Part shown: piece after piece, positions 29,454 to 38,398 of the stretch
How positions within the stretch are numbered: position 1 is the first letter of the stretch
Layout of the letters: each line of letters begins with the position of its first letter
Origin: Gemmatimonadales bacterium
GTDB lineage: Bacteria > Gemmatimonadota > Gemmatimonadetes > Gemmatimonadales > GWC2-71-9
Reading direction: 5' to 3'
Assembly: GCA_037189525.1 (NCBI GenBank)
Contig: JBBCJC010000002.1
Location: forward strand, 32,001 to 96,000
DNA length: 64,000 nt
Translations under genes and position numbers: made by a program
The notes under the pieces: generated by a model
What the model saw: the letters and a program-made list of their open reading frames with translations, nothing else
What the model was told of the DNA's origin: nothing
The model's database searches: none

Positions 29454-29954
29454 ATGGATGAACATACCTTCCCGGCCCCGTTGACCCGTCGCACTGCCAT
29501 CGTCCGCCTCGCCACGGGGCTGGCGGTGCTGACCGGATGGGCCCGGCTCGCCGAGGGACAGACCCAGGCCAAGACCCCGCTCGTCACCTACAAGGACGCC
29601 AACTGCGGCTGCTGCGGCGTCTGGATCGATCACATCAAGGCCAACGGCTTCGAGCCCTCCGTGACCGATGCCCCCGACATGCAGGCCATCAAGGCCCGCT
29701 ACAAGGTCCCGGGCAACCTGGCGAGCTGCCACACCTCGGTGGTCGGAGGGTATGTCGTCGAGGGGCATGTCCCCGCCTCCGACATTCGCCGGCTGCTCAA
29801 GGAGAAGCCGCAGGGTATCGTCGGTCTCACCATCCCGGGCATGCCGGCCAGCGCGCCCGGCATGGACGTGAAGCCTTTCCAACCGTATGAGGTGCTTACC
29901 TTTACGGCCGACGGTAAGACGACGGTCTTCTCGAAACACACGAAGGCGTCGTAA
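29454..29954 (+). CDS. DUF411 / CopG-like periplasmic metal-binding protein
   Basis: 'CGCCGVW', 'SCHT', 'EGHVPA', 'PGMP'; RR-containing signal peptide. Confidence 0.88.
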   Translation: MDEHTFPAPLTRRTAIVRLATGLAVLTGWARLAEGQTQAKTPLVTYKDANCGCCGVWIDHIKANGFEPSVTDAPDMQAIKARYKVPGNLASCHTSVVGGYVVEGHVPASDIRRLLKEKPQGIVGLTIPGMPASAPGMDVKPFQPYEVLTFTADGKTTVFSKHTKAS

Positions 29955-30003
29955 CCGCAACTACTACACCGGCTGTTGCCTCAGGCATCGGCCGGTGTTG
30001 CCC

Positions 30004-30696
30004 TTACTTACCATCCACAATCGCTCGTGCACGCTCGAAGATGGCGTGCCACATCGGTCGCGTCAGCCGGCCGGTATTGGTGTTCTGCCGGCTGGGATGG
30101 TAGGAGGCCAGCAACTGCTGGCCCGAGGGAAGCGTGGCCTCGACGCCGTGGCCGAAGCGGGGGCGCTCCGATGGGCGGAAATGGTCCCACCATCCGGAGG
30201 CCTTGAGGTAGGTGTCGTGCGCGATCCCGCCGAGGGTGACAATGACCGAGACCTCGGGGAGCAGGTCGATCTCCCGGATTAGATAGTCGCGGCAGTTCAT
30301 CAGTTCCTCGGGTAGCGGCTTGTTATCCGGCGGGGCGCACCGGGCCGAAGCCGCAATCCAGCACTCGGACAGCTCCAATCCGTCATCCCGCCAGGTCGAG
30401 GTGGGCTGATTGGCGAAACCAAAGCGATGGAGCGCCTCGTATAACCAGTCACCGCTCGAGTCGCCCGTGAACATTCGTCCGGTGCGATTGGCTCCATGCG
30501 CGGCTGGGGCCAGGCCGACGATGAGGAGACGAGCATGGGAGTCGCCGAAGCCGGGCACGGGCTTGCCCCAGTACTCCTGGCTTCGAAACCTGGCCACTTT
30601 CGTCTCGGCCACCTGGGTGCAGTATTCCCGGAGCCGGACGCACCGGGTGCATCGGGTGATCGAACGATTGAGCTTGTCTAGTTGAGAAGCGGACAT
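30004..30696 (-). CDS. udgB: Uracil-DNA glycosylase, family 5 (Fe-S)
   Basis: 'CTRC', 'YWGKPVPGFGD', 'GLAPAAHGANRTGRMFTGD', 'RCAPPDNKP', 'YHPSRQNT'. Confidence 0.88.
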   Translation of the reverse strand: MSASQLDKLNRSITRCTRCVRLREYCTQVAETKVARFRSQEYWGKPVPGFGDSHARLLIVGLAPAAHGANRTGRMFTGDSSGDWLYEALHRFGFANQPTSTWRDDGLELSECWIAASARCAPPDNKPLPEELMNCRDYLIREIDLLPEVSVIVTLGGIAHDTYLKASGWWDHFRPSERPRFGHGVEATLPSGQQLLASYHPSRQNTNTGRLTRPMWHAIFERARAIVDGK

Positions 30697-30774
30697 GAAT
30701 GAGATGCTAGGGCACCCAGGGCAGTCGGGTCAAGCAGGTCTAACCCGAACCACGACAATCAATCCGGAGGCACC

Positions 30775-31053
30775 GTGAAGCAGATTCTCGCGATGCTGAT
30801 TCCGATCATTGCGCTCTCGATCCCCATCGTCGCGATTGCGAGCAACGCCTGGCTCAAGGGGCTCAAGCTCAAGGCCGACGCGGCGCGTGACGGGTTGAGC
30901 CGCGGCGCGGACGACCGGCTCGCGGTGCTGGAAGACGAAGTGGCGCACCTCCGCCACGAACTGATGGAAGCGCAAGAGCGGATCGATTTCACCGAGCGGC
31001 TGCTTGCCAGGCGCAGCGACGAAGCTGCGCAGCTCAACCGCCCGGCGCCCTGA
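30775..31053 (+). CDS. Small single-TM coiled-coil protein (PspB-like architecture)
   Basis: GGAGG RBS before GTG; N-terminal TM, then heptad region 'RLAVLEDEV...QERIDFTERLL'. Confidence 0.75.
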   Translation: MKQILAMLIPIIALSIPIVAIASNAWLKGLKLKADAARDGLSRGADDRLAVLEDEVAHLRHELMEAQERIDFTERLLARRSDEAAQLNRPAP

Positions 31054-31059
31054 CTCCCG

Positions 31060-31086
31060 CCGAGGCTCGGAACGCCCGAGCCTCGG
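31060..31086. terminator. Hairpin between convergent genes
   Basis: 11-bp perfect stem CCGAGGCTCGG / CCGAGCCTCGG; no U-tract. Confidence 0.5.
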
Positions 31087-31097
31087 TCATCCCAATC

Positions 31098-32453
31098 TCA
31101 AGCCGACGCCGCATCGCGAATACCGCGATCGACATCGACGCGTGAGAGGAGGATCGCACCGACCACGAAGAATACCAGCACCAGCGCGACACCCGCCCGC
31201 CGCGATCCGAATCCATCGGCCACGAAACCGAAGCCGACACCCAGCACACTGCCGAACCGCGCGAACATCCCCCAGAACCCGAACATCTGCGCCGAACGAT
31301 CCTTGGGCGACAGGAGCCCGACGACGGTACGACTCGACGCCTGTGTCGCGCCGATCCCGGCGCCCGCAAAGAGTCCGAGACCGTAGAACAGCTTCTTGGC
31401 CTCGATACCCAGGATGCTGCTCAGCGTGCCCAGGAAGTAGATCCCCAGCACGCCGATGATCCACCAGAACAGCGTCATCATGACCGTCCGCTTAGGGCCA
31501 AGTACACCCTCGAGCATGCCGAACCCGACGGCGCCGGCCACCGCCGACAGTTGGAGAAAGAGGAAGAGCAGCACGAACTCGCCGCCGGTCAGACCGATCT
31601 CCTCCCGCGCGTAGATGCCGACGAACTTGACGATGGCGTCGAGCCCGGCCATGTAGACCATGAAGGCAATCAGGAACCGGAAGAGCACCTGATACTGACG
31701 CGCCACGGCAAAGGTGCTGCGCAGCTCGGCGAGTCCGGCGCGGAGCAGTGTGGCGGTCGAGGCGTGTTCGAATCCCGGGGCCGGTTTCGATCGGTTGCGC
31801 ACCAGGAGAAAGGTGGGCAGCGCGGCGACCACGAAGAAAATCCCCGTTGCCACCATTGCGAGCTGGTTCTGGCTGACGTATCGGGCGGGATCAGTCGCTG
31901 GATCGGCGGTAATGATGACCTGCGAAGCCAGCACCACGCTGGCGAGCCCGCCGAGATAGCCGATTCCCCACCCCAGTCCGGAGATCTTCCCCATGTTGTC
32001 GCGGGTGGCGAGTTCCGGCAGGAAACTCGCGCAGAAAGCCTCGCTCAACATGAATCCGGTATTGCCGATGACGATGAGCCCGATGGCCAGCCAAACATTG
32101 CCCGGCTGCGCCAGGTACAACGCCGCGGTGCCCACCGCACAGATGAGACAGCTGGCCACGAGCCAGGCCTTCTTGCGGCCGCTCTTGTCGATGATCGCCC
32201 CGGTCAGCGGCGACAGCAGGATGGCCGAGACCATCGACAACAGGATGGCAATGGACCAGTACGAGTCGCGAGCGGTCGAATCGGGCGGAACGATATAGGA
32301 CACGAAGAAAGCGCTGTACACCGCCGTGATGACGACCGTCGTGTACGACGAGTTGGCAAAGTCGAACATCGCCCAGCCGAAGATTTCGCGCCTGGCAACC
32401 GGCGGAGCGTCGGCAAGCACGTCGGACGGAGCCTCGTGCAGCGGGGCAGTCAT
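31098..32453 (-). CDS. MFS transporter (UMF1/ATG22-like)
   Basis: 'WAMFDFANSSY', 'GKISGLGWGIGYLGG', 'QASSR'; about 12 TM segments. Confidence 0.87.
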   Translation of the reverse strand: MTAPLHEAPSDVLADAPPVARREIFGWAMFDFANSSYTTVVITAVYSAFFVSYIVPPDSTARDSYWSIAILLSMVSAILLSPLTGAIIDKSGRKKAWLVASCLICAVGTAALYLAQPGNVWLAIGLIVIGNTGFMLSEAFCASFLPELATRDNMGKISGLGWGIGYLGGLASVVLASQVIITADPATDPARYVSQNQLAMVATGIFFVVAALPTFLLVRNRSKPAPGFEHASTATLLRAGLAELRSTFAVARQYQVLFRFLIAFMVYMAGLDAIVKFVGIYAREEIGLTGGEFVLLFLFLQLSAVAGAVGFGMLEGVLGPKRTVMMTLFWWIIGVLGIYFLGTLSSILGIEAKKLFYGLGLFAGAGIGATQASSRTVVGLLSPKDRSAQMFGFWGMFARFGSVLGVGFGFVADGFGSRRAGVALVLVFFVVGAILLSRVDVDRGIRDAASA

Positions 32454-32558
32454 GGAGTGGTCCGCGGAATGGATTCGGAAATCTCGGCGGAGGCGGGCGC
32501 ACTGGCAATGCGGTGACGGCCTTGACCGCCGCCGATTCGCCCGTCAGCTTCGGGCACC

Positions 32559-33503
32559 ATGCCAACCACACCCCTCCGTATTCTGCTCGCCGGCGACCAC
32601 GTCTCCGGCCTTCGGGACGCTATCGTCGCGCACCGCCCCGACCTGCCACTCACCATGAAGCCCCTCGCCGAGATCGGGGTCGACGACCTGGCGCAGGCGG
32701 ATGTCTATGTCGGGTTCCGGCGTCCGGCGGCGGGATGGGGACAGATCCGCTGGATCCACAGTATCGGCGCCGGCGTCGACGGCCTGCTGCGCGGCGAACC
32801 GCTGCCCGAGGGTGTACTGCTCACGAAGAGCAGCGAGGATTTCGGCCCGGCCATCGGGGAGTGGTGTCTGACGCGCGCCCTGTCGGTCAACCAGCACCTG
32901 GGTCTCCTGGCGCAGGACCAGGCGGAGCGGCGCTGGTGCCATGATGCCGATCGCAAGCCGGTCCTGCTGCGCGGCCAGCGTGTCGTCGTGTTCGGCACGG
33001 GCCAGGTCGGGCGCGGCATTGCCCGCTGCTTCCGTGCATTGGGGTGCCAGGTGACGGGCTTGTCGCGAAGCGGTACCGCGGCCGACGGGTTCGACGCGGT
33101 GCACCCGGCCGACGCATTCGAACGCATCATTCCGGAAACCCACTGGCTCATCCTCGCGGCGCCGCTCACCGCATTGACGCGCGACTTTCTCGATCGTGAT
33201 CGGATGCAGGCGTGCGCCGGAGCGTATCTGATGAATGTCGGACGCGGGGCATTGCTCGACGAAGAGGCATTGCCCGAAGCGCTCGATCAGGGCTGGCTCA
33301 GCGGTGCGGCGCTCGACGTCTTTGCGCAGGAACCGCTTCCGGCCGACTCTCCGCTCTGGCGGCACTCCCGTGTCGTCATTTCACCCCATGTCAGCGGACC
33401 AAGCACGGTCGAGGGAACGGTGGCCGGCTTCCTCGAGGCGCTCGCGGCCGTCGAAGCGGGGAGCACGCCTCGCCTGGCGATCGACCCGAGTCGGGGGTAC
33501 TGA
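32559..33503 (+). CDS. D-isomer-specific 2-hydroxyacid dehydrogenase family protein
   Basis: 'GAGVD', Rossmann 'GTGQVG', 'NVGRG', 'LDVFAQEPL', 'SPHVSG'. Confidence 0.88.
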   Translation: MPTTPLRILLAGDHVSGLRDAIVAHRPDLPLTMKPLAEIGVDDLAQADVYVGFRRPAAGWGQIRWIHSIGAGVDGLLRGEPLPEGVLLTKSSEDFGPAIGEWCLTRALSVNQHLGLLAQDQAERRWCHDADRKPVLLRGQRVVVFGTGQVGRGIARCFRALGCQVTGLSRSGTAADGFDAVHPADAFERIIPETHWLILAAPLTALTRDFLDRDRMQACAGAYLMNVGRGALLDEEALPEALDQGWLSGAALDVFAQEPLPADSPLWRHSRVVISPHVSGPSTVEGTVAGFLEALAAVEAGSTPRLAIDPSRGY

Positions 33504-33516
33504 CGCGGATAAAACG

Positions 33517-33555
33517 ATCGCCGCCGAGCGGAGTTGTCTTCCGCTCGGCGGCGAT
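33517..33555 (-). terminator. Intrinsic terminator of the Ig-repeat lipoprotein gene (possibly bidirectional)
   Basis: 16-bp perfect stem ATCGCCGCCGAGCGGA / TCCGCTCGGCGGCGAT with AAAA just upstream on + strand. Confidence 0.7.
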
Positions 33556-33584
33556 GCGCGATGGAACAGGTCGCGCGTTTGCTG

Positions 33585-36113
33585 CTAGAACGTTCCAGCC
33601 CGCGAGGTGAAGAGAACCTGGCCGGAGCTCGGGCAGGCACCGGTGACGTTCGCGCCGCCGCCCGATACGGTCCACGTCCCGGTCGATCCCGTCGCCGGGG
33701 CCCAGGCATTGTTCCACCCGGCCACGCCGGAGAAGTCGGGCGTGGTCAGGTCGACGGCCGTGCCCCCCAGGTACGCAGCGGATGCCATCAGCGATACCGC
33801 CTGGCTGCTACCGCCGACGGTGAGATACAGCGCCGTCGCTGAGGCCGTTGCTCCCGTCGGCAGCGTATACTGGAACCGGAAGCGCCGGTACGGGCCGCTT
33901 TCCGAACCCGGCGTGAGCGCCGCGATCGCGCCCGGCAGCGTCACGCTGGTAGCGGACAGCCCGCCCATGAAGACCGAGGCGCCCCGGGCCGTCCCGGCCT
34001 GTCCGCCACCCGGGAAGTTGCTGGCGGTCAGGAACAGAGAATGCCGGTCGGTCGGCCGCTGCTGCGCAGCAGGCACGCCGTAGATCGGGAACGACGCCGA
34101 CGAGGCCTGGCCCAGACCGTACAGCATGTGGACGTTGCACCCGGTGCCGGTGTAGTACGCCATGGTGTGGATGACGGACTCGCCGCCCAGCAAGCCACCG
34201 TTGATCGTGGCCGTCGCAGACGCCGGCGCCACCGCTTCGGCAGCCCCGAAGTCCAGCGTCGGGCCGACCGACCCGCCGTTGGCAATTGCACCGGTATTGA
34301 TGTCGCGCCGGATGATGATTCGGTCGTTCGAGCCCGGGCCTGCCACGAGATCACCCCGATAGGCGACCAGGTCGAAGGTGCCGTTTGCCACACCCTCGAT
34401 CGACGCCAACGTCTGGGCGAAGTTTGCCGTACCAGTGCCGCCACCGATCGTGACCGTCGCCGAACTCGTGAACCCACCGAGACCGGCCGTCTGCGCCGTG
34501 AGCGTCTTCCCGCCCGTCTGGGTGTCGCCGCAGAGCTCGAGGGTGTGGATACCAAGCCATTCGGCCTGGCTGTAGTATTGGACTGCCACGGCGCTCGACC
34601 CCCCGGATCCCGTCACGAAAGCAACGGCGCCGCGGGATTCAGTGATGTTGAAGCTGTAGACCGTACCAGTCGGCACCACCTGAGTCCAAGGACCGTTGCC
34701 GTTCTGCGCCGCGACCCAAAGCGGCCGATCCGAGAGCGGGCAGGCTGCGACGTCAACGCTGACGTTGCCACCGCCGCCCGAGGCCGGCGCGACCTGAACG
34801 CCGACATTGAGCGTCTTGTTCGCCAATCCGGTCGCGGTACCGGTAACGGTGATCTGCTGCGCACCCGTCGCGGCGCCGGACGCGGCCTGAATCGTCAGCG
34901 TCGACGTGTTCCCCGCGGTGCTGGCGGGATTGAAGGTGGCCGTGAGGCCCGCCGGCAAGGTGCCGACCGAGAGCGCCACCGGCGCCGTCAGACCGCCGAC
35001 GCGATCGATATTGACAGTAACGTTGACTGCGGCAGCACCAGCCTGGACGTTGACAGTGCCCGCCGGCGTGAGCGACAGCGAGTAGTCGGGTGCGGGACCC
35101 GTTACGGTCAAGGTGAGGGTCGCGGTCTTGGGATCGAAGCCCTCGGCCTCGCTCCGTACGACCAAGTCGTAGTTGCCGGGATTGACCGCGCCACCGACCT
35201 GCACCGAGAGGGTCGAGGTCGCGCCGGTCGTGGCCGGCGGTGCGAACGACGCCGTGATGCCCGCCGGAGGAGTACCCTGCAACGAGAGACTGACATTCCC
35301 GGTGAAATTGGTCCGGGTCAGGTTGACCGTCACTTGGCCGCTGGCCCCCTGAGCAAGCGACAACGTCGAGGCCGAGAGTCCCAGTGTATAGGATGACTGC
35401 GGCTGCGTGGCGGTGACCGTCAGCTGCACAACCGTAGTTGCCGCTGCAACGCCGGTGCCGGTCGCCCGGATCGTCAGCGGGTACGTACCGGCCGCCGCGG
35501 TCCCGCCACCGATCGTCAGGGTCGACGAGTTGGTCGTGACCGAGGCCGGGGCAAAGTTGGCCGTGAGACCGGCCGGCGCGCCTTCGACCGTCAGCGCCAC
35601 TGCCTGGGTGTAGTTGGTTCGGGTCAGCTCGATCGCCACGGTGTTGGTGGCACCCTGCGCCACGGTCAGCGTGGTCGGGGTAGCCGCGACGGCGATGCTC
35701 GACGGAATGGCCGTGACCGTCAGCGTCACCGGGACCGTCACCGCCGTGACCCCGGAGCCGGAGGCCCGGACCGTCAGGTTGTAAGTGCCTGCAGCGACAT
35801 TATTTGCGACAGTGACAGTGACCGTGCCGGTGGTCGTGCCGCCACTGGTCGTCACGTTGGACGCGGCAGCCGTCACGCCGGCCGGAGCCCCGGTGGTCTC
35901 GATCGTGACCGTTCCGGTAAAGCCCCCGCTGCGGGTGATCGTCGCGGTCAGGTTGTCCGAGCCGCCCTGGACCGCCGTGAGCGCCGTCTTACTGAGCGAA
36001 AGCGCGATCGCCGGGTTCCCCGGGCCCGATCCGCCATCACCACCATCAGAGCCGCACGCTCCAAGGCCGAGTGCGACCAGAGCCGCGCCAAACCAACGTG
36101 TCCACCTGCGCAT
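33585..36113 (-). CDS. Thr/Gly/Ala-rich surface lipoprotein with four tandem Ig-like repeats
   Basis: Lipobox 'LGAC', GAGG RBS; four ~100-aa repeats sharing 'QG..R..(F/Y/L)T..V...PAG(V/L/I)TA'; unique C-terminal domain. Confidence 0.8.
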   Translation of the reverse strand: MRRWTRWFGAALVALGLGACGSDGGDGGSGPGNPAIALSLSKTALTAVQGGSDNLTATITRSGGFTGTVTIETTGAPAGVTAAASNVTTSGGTTTGTVTVTVANNVAAGTYNLTVRASGSGVTAVTVPVTLTVTAIPSSIAVAATPTTLTVAQGATNTVAIELTRTNYTQAVALTVEGAPAGLTANFAPASVTTNSSTLTIGGGTAAAGTYPLTIRATGTGVAAATTVVQLTVTATQPQSSYTLGLSASTLSLAQGASGQVTVNLTRTNFTGNVSLSLQGTPPAGITASFAPPATTGATSTLSVQVGGAVNPGNYDLVVRSEAEGFDPKTATLTLTVTGPAPDYSLSLTPAGTVNVQAGAAAVNVTVNIDRVGGLTAPVALSVGTLPAGLTATFNPASTAGNTSTLTIQAASGAATGAQQITVTGTATGLANKTLNVGVQVAPASGGGGNVSVDVAACPLSDRPLWVAAQNGNGPWTQVVPTGTVYSFNITESRGAVAFVTGSGGSSAVAVQYYSQAEWLGIHTLELCGDTQTGGKTLTAQTAGLGGFTSSATVTIGGGTGTANFAQTLASIEGVANGTFDLVAYRGDLVAGPGSNDRIIIRRDINTGAIANGGSVGPTLDFGAAEAVAPASATATINGGLLGGESVIHTMAYYTGTGCNVHMLYGLGQASSASFPIYGVPAAQQRPTDRHSLFLTASNFPGGGQAGTARGASVFMGGLSATSVTLPGAIAALTPGSESGPYRRFRFQYTLPTGATASATALYLTVGGSSQAVSLMASAAYLGGTAVDLTTPDFSGVAGWNNAWAPATGSTGTWTVSGGGANVTGACPSSGQVLFTSRAGTF

Positions 36114-36349
36114 GAGTTGTCCTCGTAATTGTTTTGACGGTTGTTCCGTATCAGTGCCAAAGTTTGCAGCAAAAATGATTCCAGGCCGTACAGGTACCGG
36201 AACGGCCGGCACTTATTCCGCGGCTACCGGTCGGGTTTCCGGTTGGCCGAGGGCTCTGTACCCGCCTATCGTTCCGAGCGGATCAGGAGCTACGCGGCTT
36301 CCGTCGACCAACGGGCCCTATCCCACGTCCGGGGGACTCTGATATATCG

Positions 36350-37246
36350 ATGCACGATGATGCCGCCCTGATCGCCCACTGTCGCGCCGTGTTGTCGCGA
36401 GGTTCCGCCAGTTTTTCCCGGGCCGCCGGGCTGCTCGACCCCGCCACCCGCGAAGGGTGCTACCTGCTGTACACCTGGGGTCGTCATTGTGATGACGTGA
36501 TCGACGGCCAGACGCTCGGCCATGGGCAGCAGCCGCTCGACCGCCCGACCTTGAGCGTCCGGCTGGCGGGGTTGCGGGATGAGACGGAGCGCGCCCTCAA
36601 CGGCCAGGCGGCGGACCTTCCCTTTCAGGCGTTGGCGCTGCTGGCCCGACGTCATGACATCCCTTCGGAGCTGCCGCGCGCACTATTGGACGGGATGGCG
36701 ATGGATGTGGAGGGCACCCGCTATCGAACTCTGGATGAGCTCGCCATCTACTGCTACCGTGTGGCGGGTGTGGTCGCCATCATGACCGGGCGAATCATGG
36801 GCCTGGTAGACTCCGCCCTACTCGAACGAATGGGACGGCTCGGCGAGGCGGTACAGCTTACCAATATCGCGCGCGACGTGATCGATGATGCGGGCGCCGG
36901 GAGGATCTACCTCCCGCTGGCGTGGCTCGAGGCCGCCGGCATTCCCGACGAAGAGATTGCCTCGCCCGACCATCGGATCGCCCTGGCCGGCGTTGTGGTA
37001 CATCTGCTCGATGCAGCCGACGAGCGCTATGCGGAAGCCGACCCCGTCCTCGCGCACCTGCCGATGCGATCGGCTGCCGCGGTTGCGGTGGGACGGAGCC
37101 TATACGCAGCAATCGGCAACGTGATTCGACGACGAGGGCCGAGAGCTTGGGACCAGCGCGCAACCGTGACGGGGTTTCGTCGCGGCACCCTCACGGTATC
37201 CAGCCTGATCCAGACGATTGCCGGGCGGATTCGTCCGCACTCCTGA
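36350..37246 (+). CDS. crtB: Phytoene/squalene synthase family protein (phytoene synthase-like)
   Basis: 'GSASFSRA', 'RHCDDVIDG', 'YCYRVAGVV', 'QLTNIARDVIDD...GRIYLP'. Confidence 0.85.
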   Translation: MHDDAALIAHCRAVLSRGSASFSRAAGLLDPATREGCYLLYTWGRHCDDVIDGQTLGHGQQPLDRPTLSVRLAGLRDETERALNGQAADLPFQALALLARRHDIPSELPRALLDGMAMDVEGTRYRTLDELAIYCYRVAGVVAIMTGRIMGLVDSALLERMGRLGEAVQLTNIARDVIDDAGAGRIYLPLAWLEAAGIPDEEIASPDHRIALAGVVVHLLDAADERYAEADPVLAHLPMRSAAAVAVGRSLYAAIGNVIRRRGPRAWDQRATVTGFRRGTLTVSSLIQTIAGRIRPHS

Positions 37247-37302
37247 GCACACGCCGTTCATTCGGATACGATGAACAGCCTGACGTTTCCTGGACCAGAA
37301 AT

Positions 37303-38292
37303 CTACCGAACGATCTCGACCCTCTGTAAAGCGATAGGTCGTCGCAGGGAGAGCAAGGTACTATCCGTCCCGACTTCGGTGAGATAAGGGAGCCACATGG
37401 GACTCGGCTGAACAGAGTGCGGAACATACAGGCCAAACCGATCGTTAGAACCGAATCCGGCTTGGGTATAGAGCACCTGAGTGGAAAACCGCTCACCTCC
37501 ACTAGTCAGCTGAACGCTGACCGGACGCTCCAAGTGGAAGCGCCAATGGCGCCCTTGAGCTCCGCCACACATCGATAGCACCAAAAGACACCCCTCGACT
37601 TCAGGAACGCTATCGATTCTGGTTTGCGTGGTTTCGAATACCAACCGAGCCCCGAACTCGGCAGACAAGTCTACGTCACTGTCGAGCGGGAGGGGACGCT
37701 GGAAATGTTCTGTCCCGAACGGGTGTGGATACTCGATCGTTCCATCTCCGTGAAGGACTATCTCGGAACGAACATACATTTCGACCTCGACCTGACCCAC
37801 CCCATCCTTGCTGCAGAACGTCACCAGATACGAGTCGCCCAGGCTGGTTGCGATGTATCGGGGCGGGTACGGAGCTGCCTCGAGAACACTATGGTTCGGA
37901 AGCACCGCACCACAGACCCGTATCTGCTCAAAATCGATTGGCGCTCCATGGCCCTCTTCGAGAAACTGCCGAGTCCCGCCGACGACGTGTGCGTTGGCGC
38001 GAACAACGGCAGTTGCCAGACGAATCGCATCGTCTCGACCAAGCTCATACTCATGTACGCGGTGCGGCTGCAAAAAACGGAAGCGACCGTCCGGACCAAG
38101 GTCAGACAATGCAGCCGCTGCTACCCACGCCCTCTCGACTCGGACCCGTGCGGGCTCACCAGGCTCGTAAGAACGGCAACCCGAGAGCCACGATCCAATG
38201 AAAGGTGTCGACACAAGGACCATCGCAGCTCGCAAGCGAACGATCCGGCGACGTCGAAGGCATAAGATGCTCGCCCGAGTTTGATGTACCAT
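37303..38292 (-). CDS. Hypothetical lipoprotein, lower GC than flanks
   Basis: Long open frame; basic N-region, hydrophobic stretch and 'LSGC' lipobox. Start uncertain (38292 or 38223). Confidence 0.55.
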   Translation of the reverse strand: MVHQTRASILCLRRRRIVRLRAAMVLVSTPFIGSWLSGCRSYEPGEPARVRVERAWVAAAALSDLGPDGRFRFLQPHRVHEYELGRDDAIRLATAVVRANAHVVGGTRQFLEEGHGAPIDFEQIRVCGAVLPNHSVLEAAPYPPRYIATSLGDSYLVTFCSKDGVGQVEVEMYVRSEIVLHGDGTIEYPHPFGTEHFQRPLPLDSDVDLSAEFGARLVFETTQTRIDSVPEVEGCLLVLSMCGGAQGRHWRFHLERPVSVQLTSGGERFSTQVLYTQAGFGSNDRFGLYVPHSVQPSPMWLPYLTEVGTDSTLLSLRRPIALQRVEIVR

Positions 38293-38398
38293 CGCGACCC
38301 GTTGGCAGAACCGACTACAACACGAGATGGTCTTCCCAGCAACCGAATGAGCGTCTTTCAATAAGTACGTATAGTATGGGGGTCCGATACCACGAAAA

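Noticed and set aside
31764..31785. GTTCGAATCCC T-loop-like string suggesting a tRNA
   Set aside because: It lies inside the MFS coding region with no cloverleaf or acceptor stem.
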